Source: an uncultured Gammaproteobacteria bacterium
GTDB taxonomy: Bacteria > Patescibacteriota > Microgenomatia > Levybacterales > GWA1-39-11
Length of the DNA stretch: 64,000 nucleotides
Assembly: GCA_964485575.1 (NCBI GenBank)
Contig: CAZAJO010000003.1
Span: 19,722 to 83,721, forward strand
Direction of reading: 5' to 3'
The first letter of the stretch is position 1. The number at the start of each line of letters is the position of its first letter. The notes below the pieces were generated by a model that did not search any database, was not told the DNA's origin, and saw only the letters and a list, made by a program, of their open reading frames with translations. This document shows positions 47,575 to 56,743 of the stretch, one piece after another. The translations under genes and the position numbers were made by a program.

Positions 47575-47672
47575 TTTAAAGAGTTTTCATTTTTAAGCTC
47601 AGAAAGTTGGAGTCCCGCAAGTGCGGGACGGATTGCCCCAAAGCCCTTTTTGAGAATTGGGGAAAGTTGCCG
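47570..47672. repeat. IR-B: 103-bp inverted-repeat copy immediately upstream of the serine recombinase gene
   Basis: It is the reverse complement of 49099..49202 apart from one 1-bp indel, contains the palindrome GTCCCGCA-AG-TGCGGGAC, and overlaps IR-A' by the 5-bp CGACA core. Confidence 0.9.
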
Positions 47673-47704
47673 AAAAGAAGTAGAAAACGCAAAAATTTAA
47701 TACC

Positions 47705-49342
47705 ATGAAATACATTGCATACTGCAGGAAATCCAGAGATGAAGCTGATAAACAGGTCTTGTCTATTGAGGCCCAAATTGCAGAGTTACAGGAATTTGCA
47801 AAACGTGAGAAAATTGAAATTGTTGAATTTGTCGAAGAAGCAAAAACTGCCAAAGCCCCCGGACGTGAGAAATTTTCAGAAGTAATTCAAAAGCTAGAGC
47901 GCGGACTTGCCCAGGGGATTATTGCGTGGCATCCCGACCGCTTGGCAAGAAACAGTATTGATGGTGGAAAGATTATCTATTTACTCGATACCGGAAAAAT
48001 AAAGGATTTAAAGTTTCCAACCTTCTGGTTTGAAAATACTCCTCAGGGAAAATTTATGTTAAATATCGCTTTTGGACAAAGTAAATATTACATAGATAAT
48101 CTTTCTGAAAATGTGAGGCGGGGGCTTCGGCAGAAAATACGTAATGGCGTCTGGCCGCACAAGCCAACGTATGGATATGTAAATAATCCTAAAACCCGCG
48201 GTATTGATGTTGACCCTTTTGCCTCTTCGGGAATCATAAAAGCATATGAAGCGTTTTGCAAAGGAGACAAGACCTTTACAGATATTTCAAAGTTATTATT
48301 CAAATGCGGCTTGCAACAAAGAAACGGAAAGCCACTTCATATAAATGAAGTAAGAAAAATACTGTCCGACAAGTTTTATATTGGCATTATGAAATTTAAG
48401 GGGGAATATCATCCCGGAACACATAAGCTATTTATCCCAAAAGATTTATTTCAAAAAGTACAGGAGGAATTAAAATGGCGTGAGGCACATCACAATAAAT
48501 CTTTTGGCTTTCCGTTTCTGGGACTTATGAAATGTAGTGAGTGTGGCGCTTCCATAACCGCTGAAAAACATACAAAATTCTATAAAGGTACCAACCGTCG
48601 TCCCACCTATGTTTACTACCGCTGTACTAAAAAAATGGGTCCTTGCTCACAGAAAATGATAAAAGGTGAACTATTGGAAGAACAACTGAGAGAAATTGTT
48701 GCAAGCTGCGCATTACCGGAAAGCTGGATTCCTCAATGGCTTTCCTGGGTTGAGAGGTATGAAATATCTGAAAAAGAATTATCGGCTTCATCTATTCAAA
48801 AATTTCAGGATGAGATAGTATCACTCGACAAAAAGTTAAATATCCTGCTTGATGGTTTTTTGGAAAATATAGTTGACAGTGATACATATAAAAGAAAGAA
48901 AAATGAAATTTTTGAAGAAAAGATACTTCTTGAAGAACAAATCGCAAAATTAAAGGGTGAGGATGGAAACCGGCTCGAACTTCTTCGGGAATTAATAGAA
49001 GTGTCGTCACAATGCGAAAAAATTGCGCGCGCTAAAAACAATTGCGAGGATTTGGCAATCCTCGCGAAACGTGTCGGCTCGAACTTCTTTTTAAAGGAAC
49101 GGCAACTTTCCCCAATTCTCAAAAAGGGCTTTGGGGCAATCCGTCCCGCACTTGCGGGACTCCAACTTTCTGAGCTTAAAAATGAAAACTCTTTAAATGT
49201 CGGGGTGCAGGGAATTGAACCCTGGCCGCACGACCCCCAGCCGTACATTCTACCGTTAAACCACACCCCGAGCGAAGCGAGGGGAGCCAAGACAAAATCT
49301 CTGATTTTGGCTTACACCCCGATAGGTCGCTCCATATTTTAA
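47705..49342 (+). CDS. Large serine recombinase (integrase/invertase family); true C-terminus uncertain
   Basis: MKYIAYCRKSRDE is the resolvase catalytic-Ser N-terminus. A recombinase domain (GVWPHKPTYGY) is followed by a zinc ribbon (CSECG..YYRCTKK..C) and a coiled-coil. The ORF stays open through IR-B' and the antisense tRNA-Pro until 49342. Confidence 0.8.
   Translation: MKYIAYCRKSRDEADKQVLSIEAQIAELQEFAKREKIEIVEFVEEAKTAKAPGREKFSEVIQKLERGLAQGIIAWHPDRLARNSIDGGKIIYLLDTGKIKDLKFPTFWFENTPQGKFMLNIAFGQSKYYIDNLSENVRRGLRQKIRNGVWPHKPTYGYVNNPKTRGIDVDPFASSGIIKAYEAFCKGDKTFTDISKLLFKCGLQQRNGKPLHINEVRKILSDKFYIGIMKFKGEYHPGTHKLFIPKDLFQKVQEELKWREAHHNKSFGFPFLGLMKCSECGASITAEKHTKFYKGTNRRPTYVYYRCTKKMGPCSQKMIKGELLEEQLREIVASCALPESWIPQWLSWVERYEISEKELSASSIQKFQDEIVSLDKKLNILLDGFLENIVDSDTYKRKKNEIFEEKILLEEQIAKLKGEDGNRLELLRELIEVSSQCEKIARAKNNCEDLAILAKRVGSNFFLKERQLSPILKKGFGAIRPALAGLQLSELKNENSLNVGVQGIEPWPHDPQPYILPLNHTPSEARGAKTKSLILAYTPIGRSIF
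49099..49202. repeat. IR-B': 104-bp inverted copy of IR-B, ending at the tRNA-Pro 3' end
   Basis: It matches the reverse complement of 47570..47672 with one extra G, and terminates with the TGTCG core overlapping the last bases of the tRNA. Confidence 0.9.
49200..49270 (-). tRNA. tRNA-Pro (anticodon GGG)
   Basis: A manually folded 71-nt cloverleaf on the minus strand has a 7-bp acceptor stem (CGGGGUG/CACCCCG), a D-arm with GG and a T-arm CAGGG-UUCAAUU-CCCUG. The anticodon loop is CU-GGG-GG with U33 and G37. CCA is not encoded. Confidence 0.8.
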
Positions 49343-49454
49343 CAAATTATTGTTGAAATTTATGTTCACATTTTTTGACCTATTGAATTAGTATAGAATT
49401 CTGTTTAGAATGTTTTTTACTACCCCACGTCTTGCACCCGACAGAATTTAGTGT

Positions 49455-50549
49455 ATGGCAAAGCCTTCAAAAAAATCAGAAAAACCAAATGGGATCACTC
49501 CTGATTCCGGAAAAATGGGAGCCATTCAGATGGCGATGGACCAAATAGAAAAACAATACGGTAGAGGTTCTATCATGAAATTTGGAGATGCGGCCGCTCA
49601 GATGGCCATTGATGTGATACCCACAGGTGCTTTCCCGCTCGATATTGCTCTCGGCGTTGGAGGGCTCCCCCGTGGGAGAATAATAGAGATCTACGGTCCG
49701 GAAGCCTCCGGGAAGACGACCGTCTGCCTCTCTGTTATTGCTGAAGCCCAGAAAAAGGGTGGCGTTGCTGCATTTATTGATGCAGAGCACGCTCTAGATC
49801 CTCTATGGGCACAGACAATCGGAGTAAAGCTTGATGAACTTTTAATTTCACAACCGGACACCGGAGAACAGGCTTTAGAAATTGCAGAGTCACTTATTCG
49901 AAGCGGTGGAATTGACGTACTTGTCATCGATTCAGTAGCAGCGCTTGTACCAAGAGCTGAAATTGAAGGAGAGATGGGAGACTCAGTCATGGGAATGCAG
50001 GCAAGACTTATGTCTCAAGCGCTTCGCAAACTTACCGCAGTTATTTCAAAAAGCAGAACTGTTCTTATTTTTACAAATCAATTACGTCAAAAAATTGGAG
50101 TTATGTTTGGAAATCCAGAGACTACAACTGGGGGTATGGCACTTAAATTCTATGCTTCAATCCGACTTGATGTCAGAAGAATTGAGACATTAAAGCAGGG
50201 AGACAAAGTTATCGGAAACCGAACAAGAGTAAAAGTTGTTAAAAATAAAGTAAGTCCGCCTTTTAGAATTGCTGAATTTGATATTCTGTCTACCGGTATC
50301 TCAAAAGAGGGTGGAGTCTTGGATGTTGCTATTGAGATGGGTATTGTCAGCAAAAGTGGAGCATTTTTGCGATATGGTGAAGAGCTTATTGGACAAGGAC
50401 GGGAAGCTGCAAAACAATTCATGTCTGAAAATCCTGATATGACTAAAAAAATCATGGCAGAAGTGATGGAAAAAATAAAAGAAGTAAAACCGAGACTCGA
50501 AGTAGGCACGGAAGAACATGATGAAGACGACGACACGGAGGAAGTTTAG
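49455..50549 (+). CDS. recA: Recombinase RecA
   Basis: 364 aa with [25 protein letters not shown] Walker A and an acidic C-terminal tail. Confidence 0.9.
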   Translation: MAKPSKKSEKPNGITPDSGKMGAIQMAMDQIEKQYGRGSIMKFGDAAAQMAIDVIPTGAFPLDIALGVGGLPRGRIIEIYGPEASGKTTVCLSVIAEAQKKGGVAAFIDAEHALDPLWAQTIGVKLDELLISQPDTGEQALEIAESLIRSGGIDVLVIDSVAALVPRAEIEGEMGDSVMGMQARLMSQALRKLTAVISKSRTVLIFTNQLRQKIGVMFGNPETTTGGMALKFYASIRLDVRRIETLKQGDKVIGNRTRVKVVKNKVSPPFRIAEFDILSTGISKEGGVLDVAIEMGIVSKSGAFLRYGEELIGQGREAAKQFMSENPDMTKKIMAEVMEKIKEVKPRLEVGTEEHDEDDDTEEV

Positions 50550-51003
50550 TCGCAAAACCTCTGCTCCCACAACCCCATTTAACCAAGCTCTCAAATATCT
50601 TTCTATAAGATCAAGAAGCGTAAAAGAAGTCCATGACTATTTGGTGAAAAAAGAATACGTGGAAGAAGATATCAGTGAAGCAATCAAACAATTGATAGAG
50701 CTAAAATTTCTAAATGATGATGATTTTGCCCGACTCTTTACTGAAAACAGACAAAGAAAAGGAAAGAGTAAAAAGTTAATCTCATTTGAGTTGAGTATGA
50801 AGGGAGTTAGTAAAGAAACGTCTCAAGATGTCATGGAATACGCAAAAAATGATTATAAAACAGCGATGGAATACATTTCAAAAAGATTAAAACAGTTTGA
50901 TAGATACGAACCCGAGGAAAAACAAAAGAAAATAATTTCACGTTTACGAAGTCGTGGATATGACTGGGACACAATATCGAGAGTTTTAAAAAAACTTCAA
51001 TAG
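50518..51003 (+). CDS. recX: RecA regulator RecX
   Basis: 161 aa located immediately after recA, with a three-helix repeat architecture ([15 protein letters not shown]..). Confidence 0.7.
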   Translation: MMKTTTRRKFSRKTSAPTTPFNQALKYLSIRSRSVKEVHDYLVKKEYVEEDISEAIKQLIELKFLNDDDFARLFTENRQRKGKSKKLISFELSMKGVSKETSQDVMEYAKNDYKTAMEYISKRLKQFDRYEPEEKQKKIISRLRSRGYDWDTISRVLKKLQ

Positions 51004-51071
51004 ATACTATTTCTTTGGGGAAGATTTCAATGGGTACTTCGACAAGCTCAGCACTACGTCGAAAAAAGACT

Positions 51072-51536
51072 TTATCGTTTTGGAGAACTCTTTTTTCTCC
51101 TTGCTTTACCTGCGTTTCCGACTTTGCGTCGTTCACGGGTACGAGGATCACGTGTTAAGTGCCCTTTCTGACGTAGTGTGTCATGAAAGGTGTCTCTGTC
51201 CATTTTGTCTAGTGCGCGAGCCATACCAAGGATCAGAGCGTCTAGCTGACTCTCTATTCCTCCGCCGGTAACTCTAGAAGTAAATACGTATTTGCCACTG
51301 ACTCCAAGATCCAAAAGGAATTTGTTAACTACAGGCATGTGAGCTTTAAATCTGAAATACTCTCCTGCTGGCTTGTTGTTGACTAAAATATCCCCTTTAG
51401 TAACAGCAACTCCATTGATCTCTGATTTTCCGGTATAAAGTCTTACCCGTGCAACAGCCTCACGTCGTCTTCCAACTGAAGAAACGTAATTTTTGTTGAT
51501 TTTTTGTCTTACTACTACTGCTTCTGCTTTTGCCAT
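51072..51536 (-). CDS. rpsI: 30S ribosomal protein S9
   Basis: GRRREAVARVRLY and C-terminal LTRDPRTRERRK..ARRKKSSPKR. Confidence 0.9.
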   Translation of the reverse strand: MAKAEAVVVRQKINKNYVSSVGRRREAVARVRLYTGKSEINGVAVTKGDILVNNKPAGEYFRFKAHMPVVNKFLLDLGVSGKYVFTSRVTGGGIESQLDALILGMARALDKMDRDTFHDTLRQKGHLTRDPRTRERRKVGNAGKARRKKSSPKR

Positions 51537-51537
51537 A

Positions 51538-51963
51538 TTATTTTTCTCCTAATTTATCAGCGTACTTGTGATTTTCATCTGAAAAGACATACAGTCTTTT
51601 AAGCATTGATGCTCTCAATTTGTTCTTTGGAAGCATACCACTTACTGCGTGAGTGATAATAAGTGTTGGATCCTGCGCTCTCATTTCTTTTAACGTTCTT
51701 GTCCTTAGTCCTCCTGGATATCCAGAATAATTCGTGTATTTCTTGAGTAACTCTTTCTTTCCGGTTGTTCTAACATCTTTTGCGTTGATGACAACGACAA
51801 AGTCTCCACAATCCATATTATTAGCAAAATAAGCTTTTCCCTTACCCATTAATTTGTGAGCTATTGCCACAGCCTGGCGACCCAATACTTGATCTTTCAC
51901 ATCAATGAGATGCCAATTTCTTTTGATATCACTTGTTTTTGTAGGTTTTGTTGCTTGTTGCAT
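51538..51963 (-). CDS. rplM: 50S ribosomal protein L13
   Basis: 141 aa, WHLIDVKDQVLGRQA motif. Confidence 0.9.
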   Translation of the reverse strand: MQQATKPTKTSDIKRNWHLIDVKDQVLGRQAVAIAHKLMGKGKAYFANNMDCGDFVVVINAKDVRTTGKKELLKKYTNYSGYPGGLRTRTLKEMRAQDPTLIITHAVSGMLPKNKLRASMLKRLYVFSDENHKYADKLGEK

Positions 51964-51964
51964 A

Positions 51965-52498
51965 TTAACTGCTTCCTTTCTTTTGACGGGTCACCATTTG
52001 CTTTATGTTGGCAAGTGGTTTGAATGCTGATCTTTTTTCTCCTGTTTTTGATGTAATCTCACTGACTTTTGCTTCAACTTTTTTAGTTGATGTCTTTTTA
52101 GTTGATGGTTTTACGTTTCTTTTTGTGCTTACTTTTACTGCTTTTTCTCCTTTAGCAACGAGCTCAAGAAGCACCATCTCTGCGTTATCTTTCGTTCTTG
52201 CTCCCATTCTGATGATTCTTGTGTATCCACCATTTCTTTCTTTCATGCGTGGAGCAATATCTTTTATAAGTCTATCAACTGCGTCTTCTGCCAAATGCTT
52301 TACCAAATGATAGCGTGCCTCTTCCCCTCTTTTTGCTTTTGTAATATGGGACTCAAATTCACCTTTAATAGCCTTTGCTTTTGATTCTGTTGTTTTGATA
52401 CTTTCATTGAGAGCCAATGAACGCATAAGACCTTTGAATAAGGCTTTTGTTTGATTTGGGTATTTTTTAAATTGTCTTCCGTATCCTCTTTTTCTCAT
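51965..52498 (-). CDS. rplQ: 50S ribosomal protein L17 with a Lys-rich C-terminal extension
   Basis: MRKRGYGRQFKKYPNQTKALFKGLMRSL N-terminus. Confidence 0.85.
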   Translation of the reverse strand: MRKRGYGRQFKKYPNQTKALFKGLMRSLALNESIKTTESKAKAIKGEFESHITKAKRGEEARYHLVKHLAEDAVDRLIKDIAPRMKERNGGYTRIIRMGARTKDNAEMVLLELVAKGEKAVKVSTKRNVKPSTKKTSTKKVEAKVSEITSKTGEKRSAFKPLANIKQMVTRQKKGSS

Positions 52499-52571
52499 AT
52501 GTCCCCTTTTTACTAAAAATGCGTCATGATGACGCAGTTTTTATATATCCTGATTGTGTTTTGCTCTTGTT

Positions 52572-53495
52572 TTAAGCGTTGAAAGCAATTCCCTTTTTAC
52601 CCAAAGCCTCTTCGATGATTGAGAGAGACTTCGCACCAAGATTTCGGTACGTCATAAGTTCTTTTCTTGGTGTTGTCAAAAGATCGGTTACTGTCTCGAT
52701 CCCTGCATTCTTAAGGCTATTGTAGATTCTTGTTGGAAGGTCCAACTCATCAACTGTGATGCTTCCACCATCTGGGATTGCTGCTGATACTGCAGAAGTT
52801 ACTTCACCAGCAACTGCTCCATTTGGATCAAATACCTGTTTGAAGTAGCTGACAAGGATATTGCTTGCCTTTTCTAATGCATCTTTAGCGTCAACCGTTC
52901 CATCTGTCCAAACTTCTAATATAAGCTTGTCATAGTTTGTTTGACGTCCTACACGAGTTTGTTCAACTTTGTAGTTAACTTTGCTAATAGGAGTAAATAT
53001 TGCATCAATTGGAATAACTCCAACTGTTGAAATCTTTCTCTCTTCAGCGAGTGAGTATCCAAGTCCACGCTCAACGGTCATTTCGATTTCGATCTTTGAT
53101 TTCTTGTCAGCGAGTGATCCGATGTAGTGTTTTGGATCAACTACCTCAACGCCATCTTTTGTTTCGATATCAGAAGCCAGGATTTCTCCAGGTCCTGTTT
53201 TTGAAAGAGTAACGGTTGCTGAATTTACACCTTCTGGAAGTTTGATTCTGAGAGTCTTTATGTTGAAGATGATTTCAATGACATCTTCCTTAAGTCCTGG
53301 AAGAGTTGAGAACATATGTCTTACATTTTCAATCTTTACTGAGGTTACTGCAGCGCCTTCAATGTTTGTCAAAAGTACGCGTCTTAGTGCAACTCCAAGA
53401 GTGTTTCCAAATCCTGGCTCTAGAGGTTCTATAACGAATTGGGTGTATCCCTTTTCTTTCTTTTCTTCGATAACTTTAAAACTTGGTTGAATCAT
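52572..53495 (-). CDS. rpoA: DNA-directed RNA polymerase subunit alpha
   Basis: 307 aa with an N-terminal dimerisation domain and C-terminal alpha-CTD (ELDLPTRIYNSLKNAGIETV). Confidence 0.9.
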   Translation of the reverse strand: MIQPSFKVIEEKKEKGYTQFVIEPLEPGFGNTLGVALRRVLLTNIEGAAVTSVKIENVRHMFSTLPGLKEDVIEIIFNIKTLRIKLPEGVNSATVTLSKTGPGEILASDIETKDGVEVVDPKHYIGSLADKKSKIEIEMTVERGLGYSLAEERKISTVGVIPIDAIFTPISKVNYKVEQTRVGRQTNYDKLILEVWTDGTVDAKDALEKASNILVSYFKQVFDPNGAVAGEVTSAVSAAIPDGGSITVDELDLPTRIYNSLKNAGIETVTDLLTTPRKELMTYRNLGAKSLSIIEEALGKKGIAFNA

Positions 53496-53547
53496 ATTAT
53501 TTTAGACCATTCTTCCACAGAACGGACAACAAGAGTATATTTTACTA

Positions 53548-54156
53548 TTAACGTGAGTAAAATTCAATAACCAATTGATAATCTGCTGGATTTGGTACTT
53601 CATCAGTCGTAGGCTTTTTTGCGAGCTTACCTACGGTATCTTTCCGTTCAAGATATGGTAAGAGATTTGAGGCTGTTTCTTCGATATGAAGCTTTAACAC
53701 TTCATTCTTGAGAAGCTTTTTATCAAGAGATACCTTCTCGCCAATCTTTACATTATAAGATGGAATGCTAACTCTTTTACCATCTACTGTCACGTGACCG
53801 TGTGTCACAAACTGTCTTGCCATGTTTCTGGAATTAGCAAATCCAAGTCTGTAAACGACATTATCTAAGCGTCCTTCAAGTAATTGAATGAGCATTTCGT
53901 CAGTATTCTCACGGCTTTTTTGAGCCATCTCTACATATTTTCTGAATTGTTTTTCGAGTAAACCGTATGATCTTTTAAGCTGTTGTTTTTCTCGAAGTTG
54001 CAAACCGTATTCTGAAGTCTTTCTTCTTCCTCCACGTCGGGATTGAATTCCCGGCATTACATTGAGCCTTCGCTCAAGTGAAGCAGAAGCTTTTTCGAGG
54101 ATATTAACACCCTCTCTTCTTGCTAATTTATGTTTTGGACCTGTATATCGTGCCAT
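53548..54156 (-). CDS. rpsD: 30S ribosomal protein S4
   Basis: MARYTGPKHKLARREG N-terminus. Confidence 0.9.
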   Translation of the reverse strand: MARYTGPKHKLARREGVNILEKASASLERRLNVMPGIQSRRGGRRKTSEYGLQLREKQQLKRSYGLLEKQFRKYVEMAQKSRENTDEMLIQLLEGRLDNVVYRLGFANSRNMARQFVTHGHVTVDGKRVSIPSYNVKIGEKVSLDKKLLKNEVLKLHIEETASNLLPYLERKDTVGKLAKKPTTDEVPNPADYQLVIEFYSR

Positions 54157-54167
54157 AAATAATAAAA

Positions 54168-54557
54168 CTATGCTCTTCTTTTCTTCTTACCTCTTGGACC
54201 GTTGTGTGGGATTGGTGTAACGTCTGCAATCATTGAGATTGACATACCTGAATTTCTGACTGCTCGAAGAGCTGCATCACGTCCAACACCTGGACCTTTA
54301 ATAAATACCTCAACACTATTGACTCCTACTTCCTTAGCTTTTTGGATTGCTTGCTCAACTGCTGAGGTTGCCGCAAATGGAGTAGACTTTCTGGTTCCTT
54401 TAAATCCGGCGTTACCAGCTGATGACCATGCGATTGCGTCTCCCTTTTCGTTGGTGACAGTGACAATTGTATTATTGAATGTTGTGGATACAAAAACTTT
54501 ACCGTTACCGGTTGTGATGATTGTCTTTGGTTTTTTTGTTACAACTTTTTTTGCCAT
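54168..54557 (-). CDS. rpsK: 30S ribosomal protein S11
   Basis: 129 aa, NNTIVTVTNEKGDAIAWSSAG motif. Confidence 0.9.
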   Translation of the reverse strand: MAKKVVTKKPKTIITTGNGKVFVSTTFNNTIVTVTNEKGDAIAWSSAGNAGFKGTRKSTPFAATSAVEQAIQKAKEVGVNSVEVFIKGPGVGRDAALRAVRNSGMSISMIADVTPIPHNGPRGKKKRRA

Positions 54558-54568
54558 ATTACTGTTAT

Positions 54569-54958
54569 CTATTTAATTCCCATCTTCTCTGCTACATCTT
54601 TTCTGATAGCACCGATTGTTACTCTCTTACCTCTTTTAGTACGTGCGTTACTTCTTGTTCTTTGTCCCTTTGAAGGAAGATTTCTAACGTGTCTAATACC
54701 TCTGTATGAACCTATTTCTTTAAGTCTTTTTATGTTATTTACGACTTCTGCTCTAAGATCTCCTTCAGTTTTTATGGTATCCAAAACTTTTTGGATCTTA
54801 ACAACTTCTTCCTCAGAAAGGTCTTTCAATCTTCTCGAACCGTCAATTCCGGCTAATTTAAGAAGATCAAGTACATTTTTCGGACCAACACCGTATATAT
54901 AAGGCAAAGCCCTATCTACTCTTTTGTGATCCGGTATATTTACTCCTCCTACTCGCAT
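54569..54958 (-). CDS. rpsM: 30S ribosomal protein S13
   Basis: MRVGGVNIPDHKRV N-terminus. Confidence 0.9.
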   Translation of the reverse strand: MRVGGVNIPDHKRVDRALPYIYGVGPKNVLDLLKLAGIDGSRRLKDLSEEEVVKIQKVLDTIKTEGDLRAEVVNNIKRLKEIGSYRGIRHVRNLPSKGQRTRSNARTKRGKRVTIGAIRKDVAEKMGIK

Positions 54959-54970
54959 ATATAAAAAAAA

Positions 54971-55189
54971 CTATCTATATCTGTATGTTATTCTGCCTCT
55001 TTCGGTGTCGTATGGAGTCATTTCGACTCTAACTTTGTCACCTGGCATGATCTTTATGAAATAGATCCTCATCTTTCCTGACAAATGGCATAGTACTATT
55101 TTTCCTCCCTCAATTTCTATCCGAAATAAAGTATTTGGTAGTACTTCTTTTACGACTCCGTCTATTTCAATCGAACCTTGATGTGCCAT
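54971..55189 (-). CDS. infA: Translation initiation factor IF-1
   Basis: 72 aa, S1-like fold. [24 protein letters not shown]. Confidence 0.9.
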   Translation of the reverse strand: MAHQGSIEIDGVVKEVLPNTLFRIEIEGGKIVLCHLSGKMRIYFIKIMPGDKVRVEMTPYDTERGRITYRYR

Positions 55190-55286
55190 AATTTTGCGCC
55201 TAGTGATTATACATGAAAACCACGCTCAACGCAAAAACAAGCGTTCGTATATTCTACCAGAAAAATTGAAGCCAAGCAAGCACAAA

Positions 55287-56060
55287 TTAGAGGGACTCGC
55301 CAGGGAAATAGGTGATGAGTTCCGGACCTTGATCAGTGATAAGTATCGTACGCTCAAATAGCCCTGCCAAAGTACCGTCTTCTGTCACAATTGTCCAGTC
55401 GTCGCTTCCATCGTATTTAACACCGATTCCGCCCATATTGTATATAGCCTCAACTGCTATTGTCATGCCCTCTTCTAAAATTGGAGTTTTTCGCATCTCA
55501 CGCTCTAAATAGCCAGGCACTTCTGGTGCTTCATGCAGCTCTTTTCCTACTCCATGACCCACAAGACTTCTGACTACAGAGTACCCTCCACCTTCAATAG
55601 TCTCTTGCATAGCACGCGAGATGTGCCCTACACGGTGCCCTGGCTTTGCTTGCCTGATCCCTTCATACATCGCTTTTTTACCGGTCTTTAAAAACTCAAG
55701 AACGTGTCCGTCACTTGATTTGCCGACAATGACTGTTTCTGCCATATCGGTGTGATACCCATCCAAATACACACCACAATCGATACCAATGATATCCCCC
55801 TCCTCAAGTACTCTTTCTTTCGGTATTCCATGAACAACGACGTTATTTGTACTTACACAAACCGTATGCATATATCCATCGACTTTCTTGAACCCACACT
55901 CTCCACCTTTTTCAAGGATCAATCGTTCTGCCAGACGGTCTAGTTCAATTTCAGTGATACCAGGCCTAACAGCGCTCAATACTTCTGCAAGCACCTCTCC
56001 AAGCATTTTGCCAGCGATACGCATGGCGTCTATTTTTCTTCTTGTTTTATCATCAATCAT
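55287..56060 (-). CDS. map: Methionine aminopeptidase, type I
   Basis: 257 aa with the pita-bread fold and metal ligands at D..D..H..E..E positions. Confidence 0.85.
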   Translation of the reverse strand: MIDDKTRRKIDAMRIAGKMLGEVLAEVLSAVRPGITEIELDRLAERLILEKGGECGFKKVDGYMHTVCVSTNNVVVHGIPKERVLEEGDIIGIDCGVYLDGYHTDMAETVIVGKSSDGHVLEFLKTGKKAMYEGIRQAKPGHRVGHISRAMQETIEGGGYSVVRSLVGHGVGKELHEAPEVPGYLEREMRKTPILEEGMTIAVEAIYNMGGIGVKYDGSDDWTIVTEDGTLAGLFERTILITDQGPELITYFPGESL

Positions 56061-56743
56061 AATAGATTCCTCTTTCTTAATTCTCCTTTTACTTTATTTA
56101 CCGTATCTTCAATCGTATCGTGTGAAGTGTCAACGACAACCGAGTCGGGACTGATGACAAGAGGTGCATATTCACGCTCACTATCTGCCCTATCTCGCTC
56201 AACAACATCACGTCTTACGTCATCATAGCTGATATCAACTTTTTTCTCCCGTAATTGCTTGTATCTTCTATTAGCTCTCTCGTCAACGCTTGCCGTCAAG
56301 TAAATCTTGAGATCTGCATCGGGGATGATATGTGTTGCAACATCTCTTCCCTCAACAACCCCTTTTTTATTGTGAGAGATATCTCTTTGTAGCCCAGCCA
56401 TTTCTTGCCTTACTTTTTCGTGTGCCGCAACTACAGGAGTGCTATTACTGACATCCGGGAAAAATATCTCATTGGTCACATCCTCGCCATTTAAAAATAT
56501 TTTAGTGAGGGGAGAATCAGATTCTATCCGCAAATCTATGTCAGATTTTCTAAACACATCAAGAACCTTTTCTTCATCGTGGATGTCTATCTTCTCTCTC
56601 AAACACGCAAGAGTCAGCGCTCTCCACATTCCTCCTGTGTAGATATGTACTGCATTCAGTTCTTTTGCAAGGGCTACCGCGAGCGTTCCCTTTCCCGATC
56701 CGACCGGCCCATCGATTGCAATTTGTAGGGGTTTAATATCCAT
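56057..56743 (-). CDS. cmk: Cytidylate kinase
   Basis: IAIDGPVGSGKGTLAVALAKEL P-loop of CMP kinases. Confidence 0.8.
   Translation of the reverse strand: MDIKPLQIAIDGPVGSGKGTLAVALAKELNAVHIYTGGMWRALTLACLREKIDIHDEEKVLDVFRKSDIDLRIESDSPLTKIFLNGEDVTNEIFFPDVSNSTPVVAAHEKVRQEMAGLQRDISHNKKGVVEGRDVATHIIPDADLKIYLTASVDERANRRYKQLREKKVDISYDDVRRDVVERDRADSEREYAPLVISPDSVVVDTSHDTIEDTVNKVKGELRKRNLL

Noticed and set aside
49099-49342. Taking the recombinase C-terminal read-through across IR-B' and tRNA-Pro as genuine protein sequence
   Set aside because: It is flagged as uncertain rather than accepted. The recognisable domains end before the repeat, and coding antisense through a tRNA is unlikely, though it cannot be excluded.
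49380-49454. Possible SOS/LexA box (ATTCTGTTTAGAAT) upstream of recA
   Set aside because: The palindrome is short with only 5-bp arms and does not match known LexA consensus families. It is too weak to call.
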